This document shows positions 12,296-23,501 of a stretch of DNA of 64,000 nt, one piece after another. The translations under genes were made by a program, and so were the position numbers. The notes beneath the pieces are model-generated. The model was not told where the DNA came from, searched no databases, and was given only the letters and a program-made list of their open reading frames with translations. The stretch comes from Mayamaea pseudoterrestris (Eukaryota): assembly GCA_027923505.1 (NCBI GenBank), contig BROI01000004.1, positions 930,001 to 994,000 on the forward strand, in the 5' to 3' direction. The stretch's first letter is position 1, and the number at the start of each line of letters is the position of its first letter.

Positions 12296-14980
12296 ATGTA
12301 TCGTAACGATACCGAGTATTATAAAGATCATGACGACGACGACGTTGAGTTTGTTCCCTCCAACTTCCAAGGCACCACGACAGCAGAGCAGGAAGCCTAC
12401 GCGCGTGAAGAAGTCGGAGATGTCATGATTCAAAATGACCATCTGATGGATGAATACTACTATGAACAGCAGCAAATGCAGAGTCAAGGAGCAGATGATA
12501 TTGTACTTGATGACTTTGACGCTGACGCGCTCCACGAACGACTTGGATCGCGATCCTTTCAAGTTGGCGGTGGGTTCGATAGTCGGTCATCCTTTCACTC
12601 GGTGGATGATGCGCATGACCCTGCATATTTATTTGCACTACTGGAGGAAGCTTTACCAAAGACGGCTGCCGAAACGACTCTTCAGCAGCAAGCCGTGGCG
12701 CGAGAGCAATTGGAACAAGTTTGGGACGTGGTTCGTCGCTGGCTGTGGAGTCATTCAAGCATGGAGGAGCGGGCCGAAGCGGCGCATGTGCGCGGGCAAG
12801 CGGATGCAACCAGTTTGCATTTGATGTGCAAATTGACGCATCCACCGCAAGACGTGATTCAAACCATGGTAGAATGCGCTCCTGAGACAGTGTCCTGGGT
12901 GGATGCGCATGGGTGGTTGCCGTTGCACCACGCATGCGCTAACGGAGCGTCGCCAGATGTCATGCGCATTCTGATCGAAGCCTATCCGCAAGGCAAGTTG
13001 CGCCAGGACAACCAGGCGCGTACTCCGCTGCACTTTTACGCGACGCGCAATGTGGATCATGTTTCCGCGTTGGTGCTGAACACCGAGATGTTGGCGGATA
13101 CCGGGGCGGCGCAGTTGGCCGACAAGGGAGGCATGCTACCTATGCACTATGCGTGTGCCTATGGAACTAAACCAGAAGTGCTCAAAGTATTGGCGGAAGC
13201 GTATCCGGAAAGCTTGGTGGCGACCGAGCAGCATGGTCGAACACCGATGCACTTGGCCATGGTCAATGCTCACCGGGAAGCAAGTCCAAATACCATTGGC
13301 TTTTTGCTGGCCCATGCAGAAGCCAAGGAAACGATCAATGCGCGCGACCGTGATCGTTATACACCGCTGCACTTGCTGGCGCTAGGCTTAAAGGGATATC
13401 GGGCGTCGTCTGACAATGACAAACGTGTCAATGTTTCGGAGAGTTTGAGCTTATACTTGGCGGCGGAGCCAAAGGCGAGTCCCGACTTTTTGACGGCCAT
13501 TCAAGACTTGCCAGACTGGCTGCAAGACACAGCCGTCGTCTCCAAGCATGTTCGTAACGTGCTCAACAAGAAGATTGCCCAACGTTTTCCAACTTCGATT
13601 CTTATTCTTGATGGATACGTGCTCATCACCTTGATTGTTTGCTTTGCCTTGACAACCAAGAACAACATTGACATGCGATTCGATCCAGTCAATACAGACG
13701 ATACAAGCCAAGTTGCTCTCATCATTCTCCTTGTGGCCGTTGTTTACTTTTTCTGGCGCGAGGTCATTCAAATCGCGTCATTAATTAGCTTGGGAAGTTT
13801 TAACAACTGGATCAAGGACTTGACCAACTGGATTGACATTTGCGTCATCATTTTGGTTATGTACTACGCTGCCCTCATGGCGCAAGGCAGTGCAGCCGCG
13901 ATTGACAACAATGCTTTTCGAAGCGGAGCAGCCTTTACGCAGGGACTCTTGTGGGTTTCCATCATCATGTTTCTTAAAAAGACCTTAGTCCAATTCGCTG
14001 TCTTCGTTGGAGGCTTGAGCTTCGTTTTGCGACAACTCGCTGCCTTCCTCCTCGCCGTCGGTGTTATCTTGTTGGCGTTCGCGCAGATGTTTTATTTTGT
14101 TTACGTGAATACTCCATTGTGCGACCAATCGACGGATTCGATTTGCGACTTTCCGCACTGTACCTTTCAGTCGTCGTTGCTGAAGGTTTATGTGATGATG
14201 ATGGGAGAAGTCAACACGGAGACGCGGTACTCGGACAATCTCACGGCCCAGATCTTGTATGTTGCTTACGGATTTCTGGTCGTCGTCTTGTTGTCCAATG
14301 TGTTAATTGCTATCGTTACGGACAGCTACGAAATTATTCAAAACGACCGAGCAGCCATTGTCTTTTGGAGTAATCGACTCGACTTTTGTGCCGAGATGGA
14401 CGCCATCACTTACGCACTCAAGAAGCGACTGGCATGCTGCTTCACCAGCAGCAGCGAAAAAAAGCGGCGCGATAACGCCAAGAATGCCATGGAAGGACCC
14501 GAGAGTTCAGAGTTCCATTCAATCCATGACCCAGTTCAAAACACGGACATGGACATCTTTCGCGAATACTGGAAGCAAGTCATGTACTTGTTTGATTCAA
14601 ATTTGTACGACGAAGTTGATTGGCTGGAAACGGTCATTTACAGCATCTTTCGCATCGTCTGCCTCATCATTGTCATTCCCATCTGGTTGGCGATTGGAGC
14701 CATTACGGCGGGCTGGCTCTGGCCGCCGCAGGTTCGAGAGTATTTGCTGGTGCAAAAGGAGACTGTCACCTCACGCGCCGAACAGGAGCGGCAGAAACTT
14801 TTGCAACTAAAGGGCATTCAGATTGACTTGAACAGCTTCAAAGATGAAATAATGAAGGAGCTTGCAGCGGATCGCGATGACATGGTCCGAACGCGGAACG
14901 AGATTGAAGTGGTTCAGAGCGAGGTGCTTGCTGATTTGTTGCAAGTAAAGGAGCTCATGGGCTCCTTGCTGGGAGAATAG
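12296..14980 (+). CDS. Ankyrin-repeat TRP-like cation channel
   Basis: Five or more ankyrin cores (LPLHHAC, TPLHFY, LPMHYAC, TPMHLA, TPLHLL), six hydrophobic segments, a pore-like MMGE, an S6-like LLSNVLIAIVTDSY and a C-terminal coiled coil. Confidence 0.8.
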   Translation: MYRNDTEYYKDHDDDDVEFVPSNFQGTTTAEQEAYAREEVGDVMIQNDHLMDEYYYEQQQMQSQGADDIVLDDFDADALHERLGSRSFQVGGGFDSRSSFHSVDDAHDPAYLFALLEEALPKTAAETTLQQQAVAREQLEQVWDVVRRWLWSHSSMEERAEAAHVRGQADATSLHLMCKLTHPPQDVIQTMVECAPETVSWVDAHGWLPLHHACANGASPDVMRILIEAYPQGKLRQDNQARTPLHFYATRNVDHVSALVLNTEMLADTGAAQLADKGGMLPMHYACAYGTKPEVLKVLAEAYPESLVATEQHGRTPMHLAMVNAHREASPNTIGFLLAHAEAKETINARDRDRYTPLHLLALGLKGYRASSDNDKRVNVSESLSLYLAAEPKASPDFLTAIQDLPDWLQDTAVVSKHVRNVLNKKIAQRFPTSILILDGYVLITLIVCFALTTKNNIDMRFDPVNTDDTSQVALIILLVAVVYFFWREVIQIASLISLGSFNNWIKDLTNWIDICVIILVMYYAALMAQGSAAAIDNNAFRSGAAFTQGLLWVSIIMFLKKTLVQFAVFVGGLSFVLRQLAAFLLAVGVILLAFAQMFYFVYVNTPLCDQSTDSICDFPHCTFQSSLLKVYVMMMGEVNTETRYSDNLTAQILYVAYGFLVVVLLSNVLIAIVTDSYEIIQNDRAAIVFWSNRLDFCAEMDAITYALKKRLACCFTSSSEKKRRDNAKNAMEGPESSEFHSIHDPVQNTDMDIFREYWKQVMYLFDSNLYDEVDWLETVIYSIFRIVCLIIVIPIWLAIGAITAGWLWPPQVREYLLVQKETVTSRAEQERQKLLQLKGIQIDLNSFKDEIMKELAADRDDMVRTRNEIEVVQSEVLADLLQVKELMGSLLGE

Positions 14981-15090
14981 TTGTTCTCGTACTCGTTTTT
15001 CTACATTTAATGCTGCTGCTTACAGCAGTAACACTTTATATATATTTGATATTGATTCTATAAGTGCTTTTACTACTAACCGCGCAGTCA

Positions 15091-16464
15091 TTACCATTCA
15101 CCGGGACGAAGATCGATCATGCTCGTGCAGTTGTCGCATGTTGGGTCAATCATGGTCCGCCGCAGCTGGTCGAGTAATCGGCTCCAGTTGCTTTTCGTCG
15201 TCAACACAAAGTAGTTTGCTTCAAGCGCCACTAGCAACGATCCAAGCGCCACCAGACCAGCTCGGCCATGCGTATTCTTTGCGGTCCACGACGCTCGATT
15301 GCCTCGCTTTGGACGATGAGCGTCAAGCTCAGCAATGGTGCGGTCAACGTAAATGTTCCAGCCTCTGGGAGCCGCCGTTGTGAAAGCTTCTACGGCTCGA
15401 GGATCCTCGGTGGACAAGTATACATTGGCAGATTGATTGGTGGCTCGTCCAACAAGCAGCTGGGAGACGGCGGAAACGTATTCATTTTCATGTGGCAGGT
15501 CCATCTCCCAAAACTTGTCGCCCCACCGCAAATGTACCGTGATCAAGTCGTTCGGGACGGTTGCATCCGGCCCAAACAGGGCGCCCATTTGCCGCTCCGC
15601 TTCCTGAATCACTAGTGGAGACAGCGATTGAAATAAGTACTCCATGGACGCTTGGCGAAATTCTGTGAGCTTTCCGTGATCTCGAATGAGCGAGCATCGC
15701 AAACGAATATTCTTGGGATCTGTAACATTCGATGTTGCGACTTGTGGCGCATGTAACTGTCGAAATGAAGAAGCTACTGATGACTTTCTTCCAATGTCAC
15801 ATCGATCTTCCGACAGCGGAAAGTAGCATAGCAGGGGTGATCGCTCGGCTTGTTCGTGGCTGCAGTAGCTTTGATCCAACCACAGCCACTCGGGATTCAC
15901 CGTTTGCACTCGCTGCGAAAACTCCATGGCGTTGCACATGGCTTGCGACCAAACGTGTAAATGTGAGCCGAATCCAAACGAATTGTCCATGTAAAAGGTG
16001 GCGACTGGAATGGAGCAGTTTGATTGCTGTGCTTCAATCATTCGCGCCATGGGCGACTGAACTGGATTGAAGCTCCAGTTGCGTCGTAGCTTTCCGCATG
16101 TACCAGTACTAGTTGATTGAACCGTATCTGATGATTGTTCCGTTGATTTGTTGTCGGCATGCGAAATGTTGAACCGTTGCATCGGAGCAGCATGGCGCAA
16201 GCATGTCGTAGAAGCATTATTAACAAAAGGCGACCGCGCCAAGCGATGCCCCTGAGATACAGTTGATGCACGTGTATGCGTATACATTCGCAGCATGGGT
16301 ACGTCACTGCTGCAGCAGTTGAAACCATCAAGGACCGCCTGCAAATATTGAATGCGTTCGACCGTCATAATGCTGGCGACAAGGACGGAAAAGACAATCA
16401 CTATTCGAATCAAGTCAGTTGTTCTTCTTCTCACAGCCACTGGAGACGATGAGTGACTTCTCAT
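15091..16464 (-). CDS. Type II membrane fucosyltransferase-like protein (GT23/alpha-1,6 type)
   Basis: N-terminal TM segment. GFGSHL, VHLRWGDK, VYLSTEDP and FVLTTKSNWSRL correspond to GT23 motifs. Confidence 0.7.
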   Translation of the reverse strand: MRSHSSSPVAVRRRTTDLIRIVIVFSVLVASIMTVERIQYLQAVLDGFNCCSSDVPMLRMYTHTRASTVSQGHRLARSPFVNNASTTCLRHAAPMQRFNISHADNKSTEQSSDTVQSTSTGTCGKLRRNWSFNPVQSPMARMIEAQQSNCSIPVATFYMDNSFGFGSHLHVWSQAMCNAMEFSQRVQTVNPEWLWLDQSYCSHEQAERSPLLCYFPLSEDRCDIGRKSSVASSFRQLHAPQVATSNVTDPKNIRLRCSLIRDHGKLTEFRQASMEYLFQSLSPLVIQEAERQMGALFGPDATVPNDLITVHLRWGDKFWEMDLPHENEYVSAVSQLLVGRATNQSANVYLSTEDPRAVEAFTTAAPRGWNIYVDRTIAELDAHRPKRGNRASWTAKNTHGRAGLVALGSLLVALEANYFVLTTKSNWSRLLDQLRRTMIDPTCDNCTSMIDLRPGEW

Positions 16465-16872
16465 AACTTTGAATGGGCGACGAATCGTCGCATGATGAAG
16501 CGGGTCGCCTACCTACACAGTAAAGAGTAGATGAATCGATGAGGCGTGTCGTCGCGCCGCGCGTAGTTTTGTCGGAGCGGTACTGATTGTGACCGGCGCG
16601 CGATACCGGCCGACGACGAGACCTCCCTCCGCATCGGCCACTGACTCTCGTTACATATTGTTGAGACGGCCATTGTCACCTGCATTTACAGTTAATCGGT
16701 GTTTCGAGCTTCAGTCTCATCTCCTTGACAGCCTCATCGACTTTGATCTCCGAGACTTGCTCCACTGCTGCGCTGACTTGAGTAGCGAGCTGGATCACAC
16801 AAGCCGACGAATCAGACATCTCTAGCAGCCAACGGCTACTTCGCCGGCGAAAGACTTGTTTCGCCGCCCCAT

Positions 16873-18050
16873 ATGAACCGCGACGACTGTGGTACTGATA
16901 GCGTGCCATCCATCCACAGACAAGTTGTTTCAAAAATGGATTCAAAGTCTGATAACGAACATGATTTGCGCTCTCCAAGTTCCGTTTGCATTCAACGCAA
17001 ACTGTCGGTTGCCGTCACAACGAATGACGACGTCGAGCATGAATATCTCGAGGGACGGCCAAAGATTGTTGTACCACAAAAAAGCAATAAACTCAAGCTG
17101 GCTGGGTTGACGAGACCTGGTTCTCTCTTTAAGCGTGCTAGTACAGTGCCCATGGACCAAGACCGTGAGCGGCATTTTCGCCCTCATGGTGTTCAAGACT
17201 TTTGCAGAATTCCAGCGCCGCTGAATGTGGAGTATTGGTCGGAACCAACTGCCGAGACGTTCAAAGTAAGTACCGAGGAATTGATAAGTATGTTAAGAGA
17301 AGGATTGAAACGGGGCTGTTGGGCTGACGTGTGTTTGCTTTGCTAATACTTTAGGTGAGATCAAAGCTTTACTTGAATACTCGATTGAAAGCTCCTTCCG
17401 ATGCCTCGGTCTTCCAGTTTCTTGCCTGCGACTTGGTACAAGTCAGTTCTCCCATTTTGACTGGACTTTGCGCTCACCCTCAAGAGCGTGTTCAGCAAGC
17501 CCTAAGACGCCAAGGACAAACTGGTCTGAAGGAGCTTCCAGAATTTATATTTGCCGTCAATTACTGTCTTCCTGCTGGGGCTGCAGCCGGTGGATTCACT
17601 CATTGGGTTGCCTATTTTGGCACTGACAATGTTGCGCAGCTCAATGACGAATCGACACCGCTTGGACGTGTCTGCAAGCCATTTTTCTTTGGAGATTCGG
17701 ACCAGTTTCGGCGAGAGCGATTCAAGCTCATTCCGCACGTTGTGCAAGGCAACATTATCATTCGAAAAGCTGTGGGAAGCAAACCTTCTATTCTTGGCCG
17801 AAAGTTGAAGCAGTACTATGTCCGCAATCCTAGATTTTTTGAAGTCATTGTTGATATTGCTTCCGACCCTGTGGCGGAGCGCATTGTCAAACTAGCTCTC
17901 GGTGGTGCTCGGCATTTAGTGGTGGACATGATGTTCCTTCTCGAAGGCACTTGTGCCGAGGAGCTACCAGAACGAATTCTAGGAGCCACTCGAATTCAAC
18001 ACCTAGACTTGAAAACAAGCTCGCTGCAGAGGTTTGTGACAAACGTTTAG
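16873..18050 (+). CDS. EDR2 C-terminal (DUF1336) domain protein, 2 exons
   Basis: WSEP..FK/VRSKLYL..K across intron 17266-17354, then RFKLIP, KPSILG, FEVIVDI and ELPERILG. Confidence 0.85.
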
Positions 18051-18308
18051 TGTCAGTCTCAGGTGGTTTTGCAAGGTGTTGGTTTGTGTTGTATGTGTCA
18101 GGTTAAAATTGTGCAAGTCATAAGAAGTAGTAGCAAAAAGCTCCAACTATGCGCTCATTTGACAGTCCGGCAGAAGTACAATACATATCTAGGGTGGGAT
18201 AGTATAAATATCGCTCATCTGGCAATCAAGTTGAGACACAGAAACTATCCTCCATATGCCTGTTATCTAAAACAGGCTCCAAGTGTAAAGAAGGTGCGCA
18301 TTAGCTAG

Positions 18309-18476
18309 AAGTATCTAGTGGAATGCCAGATCTGCAATCGTCGAGTGGCAGTGTCGCGCTTTGCTCCGCATTTAGATGAATGCATGGGTTTGGGAACGGT
18401 CCGTGGAAATGTTGGAAATGGCTCAACGAGAGGGAGAAATGTCAATAGACAACTGATCCAACAATGTATAATATGA
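18309..18476 (+). other. Sgf11/ATXN7L3-type zinc-finger coding segment (terminal exon or gene remnant)
   Basis: Translates as KYLVECQICNRRVAVSRFAPHLDECMGLG. It is preceded by an in-frame TAG that could be a splice acceptor. No upstream exon was identified, and it is absent from the ORF track. Confidence 0.6.
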
Positions 18477-18517
18477 ATTATAAGTTAATTTCATAAAAAA
18501 GTACTGGTCGTTCGGTA

Positions 18518-20260
18518 CTATCCTTTTGTATCCAGTAGCGGCTTCAAGTAGTCCTTTGGACAAGGTTCATTTCTCATTGAGTATGCTGGTGACGACCCTA
18601 GCAAGTTCTCTCCAAAACTAGATCGCAGTTTGCTAAAACTAACATGTTTCAATGCCTGCAACGTTTGCATCTCCCCAAGTCGCAAATGTGCAGCCATCCA
18701 TTGCGCTGTCCCGGGCTCAAGCTCTCGAATGAGTTGCTTCTCCAGCTCTATTGTTGTCGCAAATCGTTCCATACCCGTTGAGGCCATGCGCGACATACAG
18801 AATAAAGTTCGAAACTCAAGGGCATTGCGCGTATCTGGTAACACATAGTCCATATCCAGCATATAATGTTCCAAGAGACTCGTCGCGTCGCCCTCATAGT
18901 CTTCATGTGTGAGCGAAAGCACTCGACACGTTGAAAAGACTGCCGTCGCGTTGAATTGCACTTGACTAGGGTCCAACGCGGGAATACCGTGCTGCCTTTC
19001 CTTGTTCCGTGGTGACATGGTGACGATCCAATGCTTCGGTGAATGCGCGCGCTGCAACAGAAACTGGTACTTGAGTTGCTTTAGTCGCCAAGCATTGTGC
19101 ATGTATGAATCCTGCTCAGCGTCAGTTTGTGTCACACATTCAGAATAGCCATCATCGTATTGCAAATACCGAAGAATGGCCAAGCGATATTGTTCCTGTA
19201 CTGAGGCGCTAATTGTCATTTGAGTCGAGTCCTGGAGCTGCACCGGATGCCACAAGTTGATGCCAGCCTGCGTCAAGTCAGTTCCATCGCCATTGACGAA
19301 ACCGTAGCGTGCAAACAGGTTTTGATCGGAACGCTTGCCGTAACTATCATGTATCTCACCACGAAAGTTTACCAGCGCCGTCACCACGAAATCGCCATTG
19401 GCCTGCGTTGTGAATCCCACGTTTGGCGGTGACTGATGATTGAACGAATCCAAAATGGGAACCATGGCATACGACCCGTTTGCTTTTCTTGACAACGACG
19501 TACCAAATGCACGTGTCAGTACGGATAATCGAGCGGCATAGTAGTCGTTTCTGTCGACATGGTCAACCAATTTGCTGTATTCGTCATGTAACTGACGCTG
19601 CATATCCTTGACGTATGCGTAGGAAAGCGACGACCGCCGGAGCAACTCGGCTAGCATATTGTCGTCCCAGAGTATCGGATGATAGCTGTCAAAGTGCTCA
19701 TATGTTGGAAGTTGATGCAGCAAGTAGTGCAGCAGTACAGGATGTTCAACGAAACTGCTTTCGTAAAAGGAGCTATTTTCGCGAAGTCGTTTTTGCCAAT
19801 GAGCAATATACAAGGCAAGGATCGTGGCGCCATCCAAAGAATCCTCCATACTGGCAATAATATGCTTTATGTAATCATCTTGACGAGCATCTTCCTCCCA
19901 TATTTGCAGTCTTCGAGGAATTTGAAGTACAATGGTACCCTTTCGAACTGGTTGTTTCGTTTCGATGGACGTTCCCGATGTCAATGATTCAACGGCTCGC
20001 ATGCTTCCGAGACACGACGTGTCTGGCTGTCCACAAACAAGGTCAATGAATGATTGCTGTTGTTTGTGTATCAGATCCGGTCTCATGTAATTATAGAGCC
20101 AAGCTGTCAGCATTGCAAGAAAGAGGATGGCAGACGCTTCCATTGTCATTGGATGAAGCATGTTGTGGCCGTTGCTCCGCTGTTCCGTCTTTGCAGCTAT
20201 TTGTCCTTTGTCTGGAGATTTGGCAAGCCCGTCTCGGCGTTTACGACTTTTAACTGGCAT
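18518..20260 (-). CDS. SET-domain lysine methyltransferase (Rubisco LSMT/SETD3-like)
   Basis: VLTRAF, MVPILDSFNH and DSYG..LFARYGF motifs, with an N-terminal hydrophobic segment. Confidence 0.8.
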   Translation of the reverse strand: MPVKSRKRRDGLAKSPDKGQIAAKTEQRSNGHNMLHPMTMEASAILFLAMLTAWLYNYMRPDLIHKQQQSFIDLVCGQPDTSCLGSMRAVESLTSGTSIETKQPVRKGTIVLQIPRRLQIWEEDARQDDYIKHIIASMEDSLDGATILALYIAHWQKRLRENSSFYESSFVEHPVLLHYLLHQLPTYEHFDSYHPILWDDNMLAELLRRSSLSYAYVKDMQRQLHDEYSKLVDHVDRNDYYAARLSVLTRAFGTSLSRKANGSYAMVPILDSFNHQSPPNVGFTTQANGDFVVTALVNFRGEIHDSYGKRSDQNLFARYGFVNGDGTDLTQAGINLWHPVQLQDSTQMTISASVQEQYRLAILRYLQYDDGYSECVTQTDAEQDSYMHNAWRLKQLKYQFLLQRAHSPKHWIVTMSPRNKERQHGIPALDPSQVQFNATAVFSTCRVLSLTHEDYEGDATSLLEHYMLDMDYVLPDTRNALEFRTLFCMSRMASTGMERFATTIELEKQLIRELEPGTAQWMAAHLRLGEMQTLQALKHVSFSKLRSSFGENLLGSSPAYSMRNEPCPKDYLKPLLDTKG

Positions 20261-20576
20261 GGTAGTACGCTAGAGTATGAACCAGGAAAAGGCAACCACG
20301 AGTTTGCATTGTCCTTTTGTGATGGTCGTCGCTCATTTTCAACGTCGTAGCGGTTATCGTTGTCCACGCTGCTATCGTACATCATCTGGTCTTAGATGTG
20401 ATGCTCGAGCAGCATGTACTGTTGTCCCTACCTTCTTCCATCCGGTGTAAAGTAGAAATTATTATATGTAAAGAACTAGTTACTTACTGGTTGGCTTAGT
20501 CGAATTCAAAAGTACATGACATGATCAACTGCCAGGGATCCAAGCTATGCATGCATGCCATCAATCTCACTTTTTC

Positions 20577-21674
20577 CTACATGAACCCCCGCCGACTGCG
20601 AAACGAATCATGCTTGTTGGATGTTCGTGGCTGCTGCGCCACGGCAGCCGCATCCGCTTCCTGAACGACTCGAAACTTGTCCACGTATAATTGGCAGGCA
20701 TCCACCGCGTGACATAGGGCCGCCAAGTGTTCCACCAAACAGTTCAACGTAGTTGTTGCAGCCGCAGTTGTAGTGATAAAATCATCTCCTTGACTTTTTG
20801 ATTGCGCCAATGGACCCATATGCAGCAACACTGACTGTATGTTGCGAAGCAACGAAAAGGGAGGAGCTGCTGTTGTGGCATTCTCAACGTGCTCCGTCTG
20901 CACCTGCTCCAAAAATGCTTCCAGCATCATGATTCGTTCCTGAATGGCTTGCAGCGAGTGCGACAGCTCGGTCACATGATGCTGGAAGCGACGGTCGGGT
21001 GGTTGCAAGACGGACAGTGTAATTCCAGCTGCCACTTGCTGATGCGGCTGGTCGCGCATGACGCGCTCCACGGCGATGCGCTCCGCATCGGCCGTGTCGA
21101 GGTGCCAATGCTCGCAGGCTTGCAACACGGTGCCGTTGCATAGTTGGTAGAGCGTAAACGGCAAGTCGTCGTCGTCCTTCTTGGTGTGTTCCTCTTTTGG
21201 AGCTGCTGAATCGTTTAAAACTGCCGCCTTCTTCTTGTCTGCATTTGCGGCAGCTGCTTCCAAGACGCAGTAGACGAAGTGTAACGCCTGGTAATGTTGC
21301 TGCAGCTTGATGGTCAACTCCAAGTCCGTCTTGGTTGGTTCCGCGTTGCTATTGACAACGCGATACCATCCCACCACGTGCAAGTCTGGATAAACGGCTT
21401 GGTGCAGCGACACTTGCGTTTTGGCTGTTTCCGATGCGTCGGTGGGAATATCGTCAGCGTCATTGATTTGTAAACAATATTGATTACTGCATTCTTGAAG
21501 CCTTCCAAACAGTAGCCCAACGACTGGATCCGACCGTGTCAGCGGAGAACCACCGAGGGAAATGCGCGTGTACTGGTCGCTCATGTTCACAATGGCGAGC
21601 GGATGAATGGAAATTTTCATCGCGTCATTAAGCGTAGCAGCAGGAGGAGGATCAATTTCCATGCTAGTAGTCAT
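20577..21674 (-). CDS. CSN6: COP9 signalosome subunit 6 (MPN domain)
   Basis: ISIHPLAIVNMSDQYTR, VVGLLFG, VVGWY and AERIAVE. Confidence 0.8.
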   Translation of the reverse strand: MTTSMEIDPPPAATLNDAMKISIHPLAIVNMSDQYTRISLGGSPLTRSDPVVGLLFGRLQECSNQYCLQINDADDIPTDASETAKTQVSLHQAVYPDLHVVGWYRVVNSNAEPTKTDLELTIKLQQHYQALHFVYCVLEAAAANADKKKAAVLNDSAAPKEEHTKKDDDDLPFTLYQLCNGTVLQACEHWHLDTADAERIAVERVMRDQPHQQVAAGITLSVLQPPDRRFQHHVTELSHSLQAIQERIMMLEAFLEQVQTEHVENATTAAPPFSLLRNIQSVLLHMGPLAQSKSQGDDFITTTAAATTTLNCLVEHLAALCHAVDACQLYVDKFRVVQEADAAAVAQQPRTSNKHDSFRSRRGFM

Positions 21675-22067
21675 GGTTATGATGTACAAGAAAGGACAGG
21701 GAGAGAATAATGATAGAGAAGAAGCGAAACAGATCCTTTGTTTGGTTGCAGCGCGGCGTTCGTGAAAAGACACAAGTAAGAACCGTTACGACACATTCGC
21801 GGAAGCTATCCATGCAACAAGTCATCCATGCGCTGCTTCGTCACAATGGCGGTCCTCCGTCGCGAGACGCAAACGCTTGGACAATTTTGGCGAGCATTCA
21901 ACAGCAGCTAGTTGCTTAAGAGGCTCGACGAGTCTCGGTGCAGTCCAAGAAGCGGCGAAGCAGACAGCAGTGACGTGACAACATTTGCTTTGAACGAGCT
22001 ATCAACAGCTTTCTTTGACGAAACCCTTTACATTTCAACACTATTACACTCTCATATATATTGCAAC

Positions 22068-23342
22068 ATGGGACGATCCAAAGTTTGTGGAATTGGAACA
22101 TCATTTGACGCAAAACACTGGCTGTCGCTCGATCCATGCGGCTTTTTCGGAATATCACTCAGTTGGGGCGTTCACTTATATGCCCTCGTCACAATCTTTT
22201 TATTGCTGCTCAGCAACTCCAACGTTTCACTCGTCTTGTTTGCCTTTGGATACTTGCCGTGCAGCGTACTGGCCATGATTTCGCTATACATGGCGTCAAC
22301 GACGAATCCAGGAGCCGTTCCCATGGGTGCGCGACCGCTCGTCACGGTGCGGCCGTCACAATCAGCAGCAACATCCAATGGCGGCTCGCACGCTTCCGCT
22401 TCATCGTCACGCAATCGGCCAATGCGACGCTGCCACAAGTGCAACGACAATTTTAAACCGGCGCGAGCGCACCACGACAGTGTCACGGGACGATGCATCG
22501 TCAAGTTTGATCACTACTGCCCCTGGGTCAACAATAGCATTGGAGCGCTCAACCACAAGTTCTTTTGCCTGTTTTTATTTTATACAGCCGTTTGCTGCCT
22601 GATGAGTCTTTTTCTGCTGGCCATGCGGGCGTATCAGTGCAGTAATCTAGTGCCGGAACATGCGGAACAAGTGGCATCGCATGGTGCCGCCGACTCGGTT
22701 TCGCAAGCTGACCGCGTCACACCCGACGAGCGTCTGTTGCTGGCGACTTTGGGACTGTCACCACCAAACCATTTGCTATACGCCGAGTGCAGCCACTTTT
22801 ACGACAATTACTATATTTGGGCGCTGGCCGGATCCAGTATCTTATTCTTTCTGTTTACGAGTGTCATGAGTTGCGAGCAGCTGGATGCAATTGCCACGGG
22901 GCGGAGCAAGATTGCTCGCATGAAGGTGGGTGTCGGACAAGGGGGTACCGAGTACGTTTGCGTCAGTGAGGAATTCAACGAAATGTTTGGAGGCGACTCG
23001 CCCAAGCCAAGTTGGCACTGGTATCTGCCAATGCAAGTGGTCTTTCCGCGGGGCATGAAAAAGGTGGTTTTGGGTTATGACTGGGATGAAACGTTTGACG
23101 CTGCTCCGTATCGAGACGCTGATGATGAGGAGGAGGATGAAAGCAGCAGTCAGCAGCTTGACGATGATAATGACGAGGAAAGCGGTCTGCAAATGACGGC
23201 TGCCTTGTCGTTGCCGCAGCAACCAAGGAGAAAAAGCATGGGATCAAGAGAGACATCCACAGGCTCGGTGCATAGCTTGTCGGCTGACGGACTGAATCGA
23301 AGAAGGCATGATTCTGGAGACAGTCGCCTGCAGATTGTTTGA
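22068..23342 (+). CDS. DHHC-family palmitoyltransferase (DHYC variant)
   Basis: Four TM segments, TNPGAVP, and CHKC..KPARAHH..CIVKFDHYCPWVNNSIG..NHKFF. Confidence 0.9.
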   Translation: MGRSKVCGIGTSFDAKHWLSLDPCGFFGISLSWGVHLYALVTIFLLLLSNSNVSLVLFAFGYLPCSVLAMISLYMASTTNPGAVPMGARPLVTVRPSQSAATSNGGSHASASSSRNRPMRRCHKCNDNFKPARAHHDSVTGRCIVKFDHYCPWVNNSIGALNHKFFCLFLFYTAVCCLMSLFLLAMRAYQCSNLVPEHAEQVASHGAADSVSQADRVTPDERLLLATLGLSPPNHLLYAECSHFYDNYYIWALAGSSILFFLFTSVMSCEQLDAIATGRSKIARMKVGVGQGGTEYVCVSEEFNEMFGGDSPKPSWHWYLPMQVVFPRGMKKVVLGYDWDETFDAAPYRDADDEEEDESSSQQLDDDNDEESGLQMTAALSLPQQPRRKSMGSRETSTGSVHSLSADGLNRRRHDSGDSRLQIV

Positions 23343-23501
23343 GCGCGAACGATCAATTTTGTGAGTAGTGAGTGTGGCAATGACTACTAAGTAACTAGAT
23401 GTACACGAGTTCAAGAGTAAAATATCCTTAGATTGACGAATAGCTATGCTATTAGGTGACCTTCTTCGTCGACGAGCAAGAAGTACATGACGAGCCTGCG
23501 C

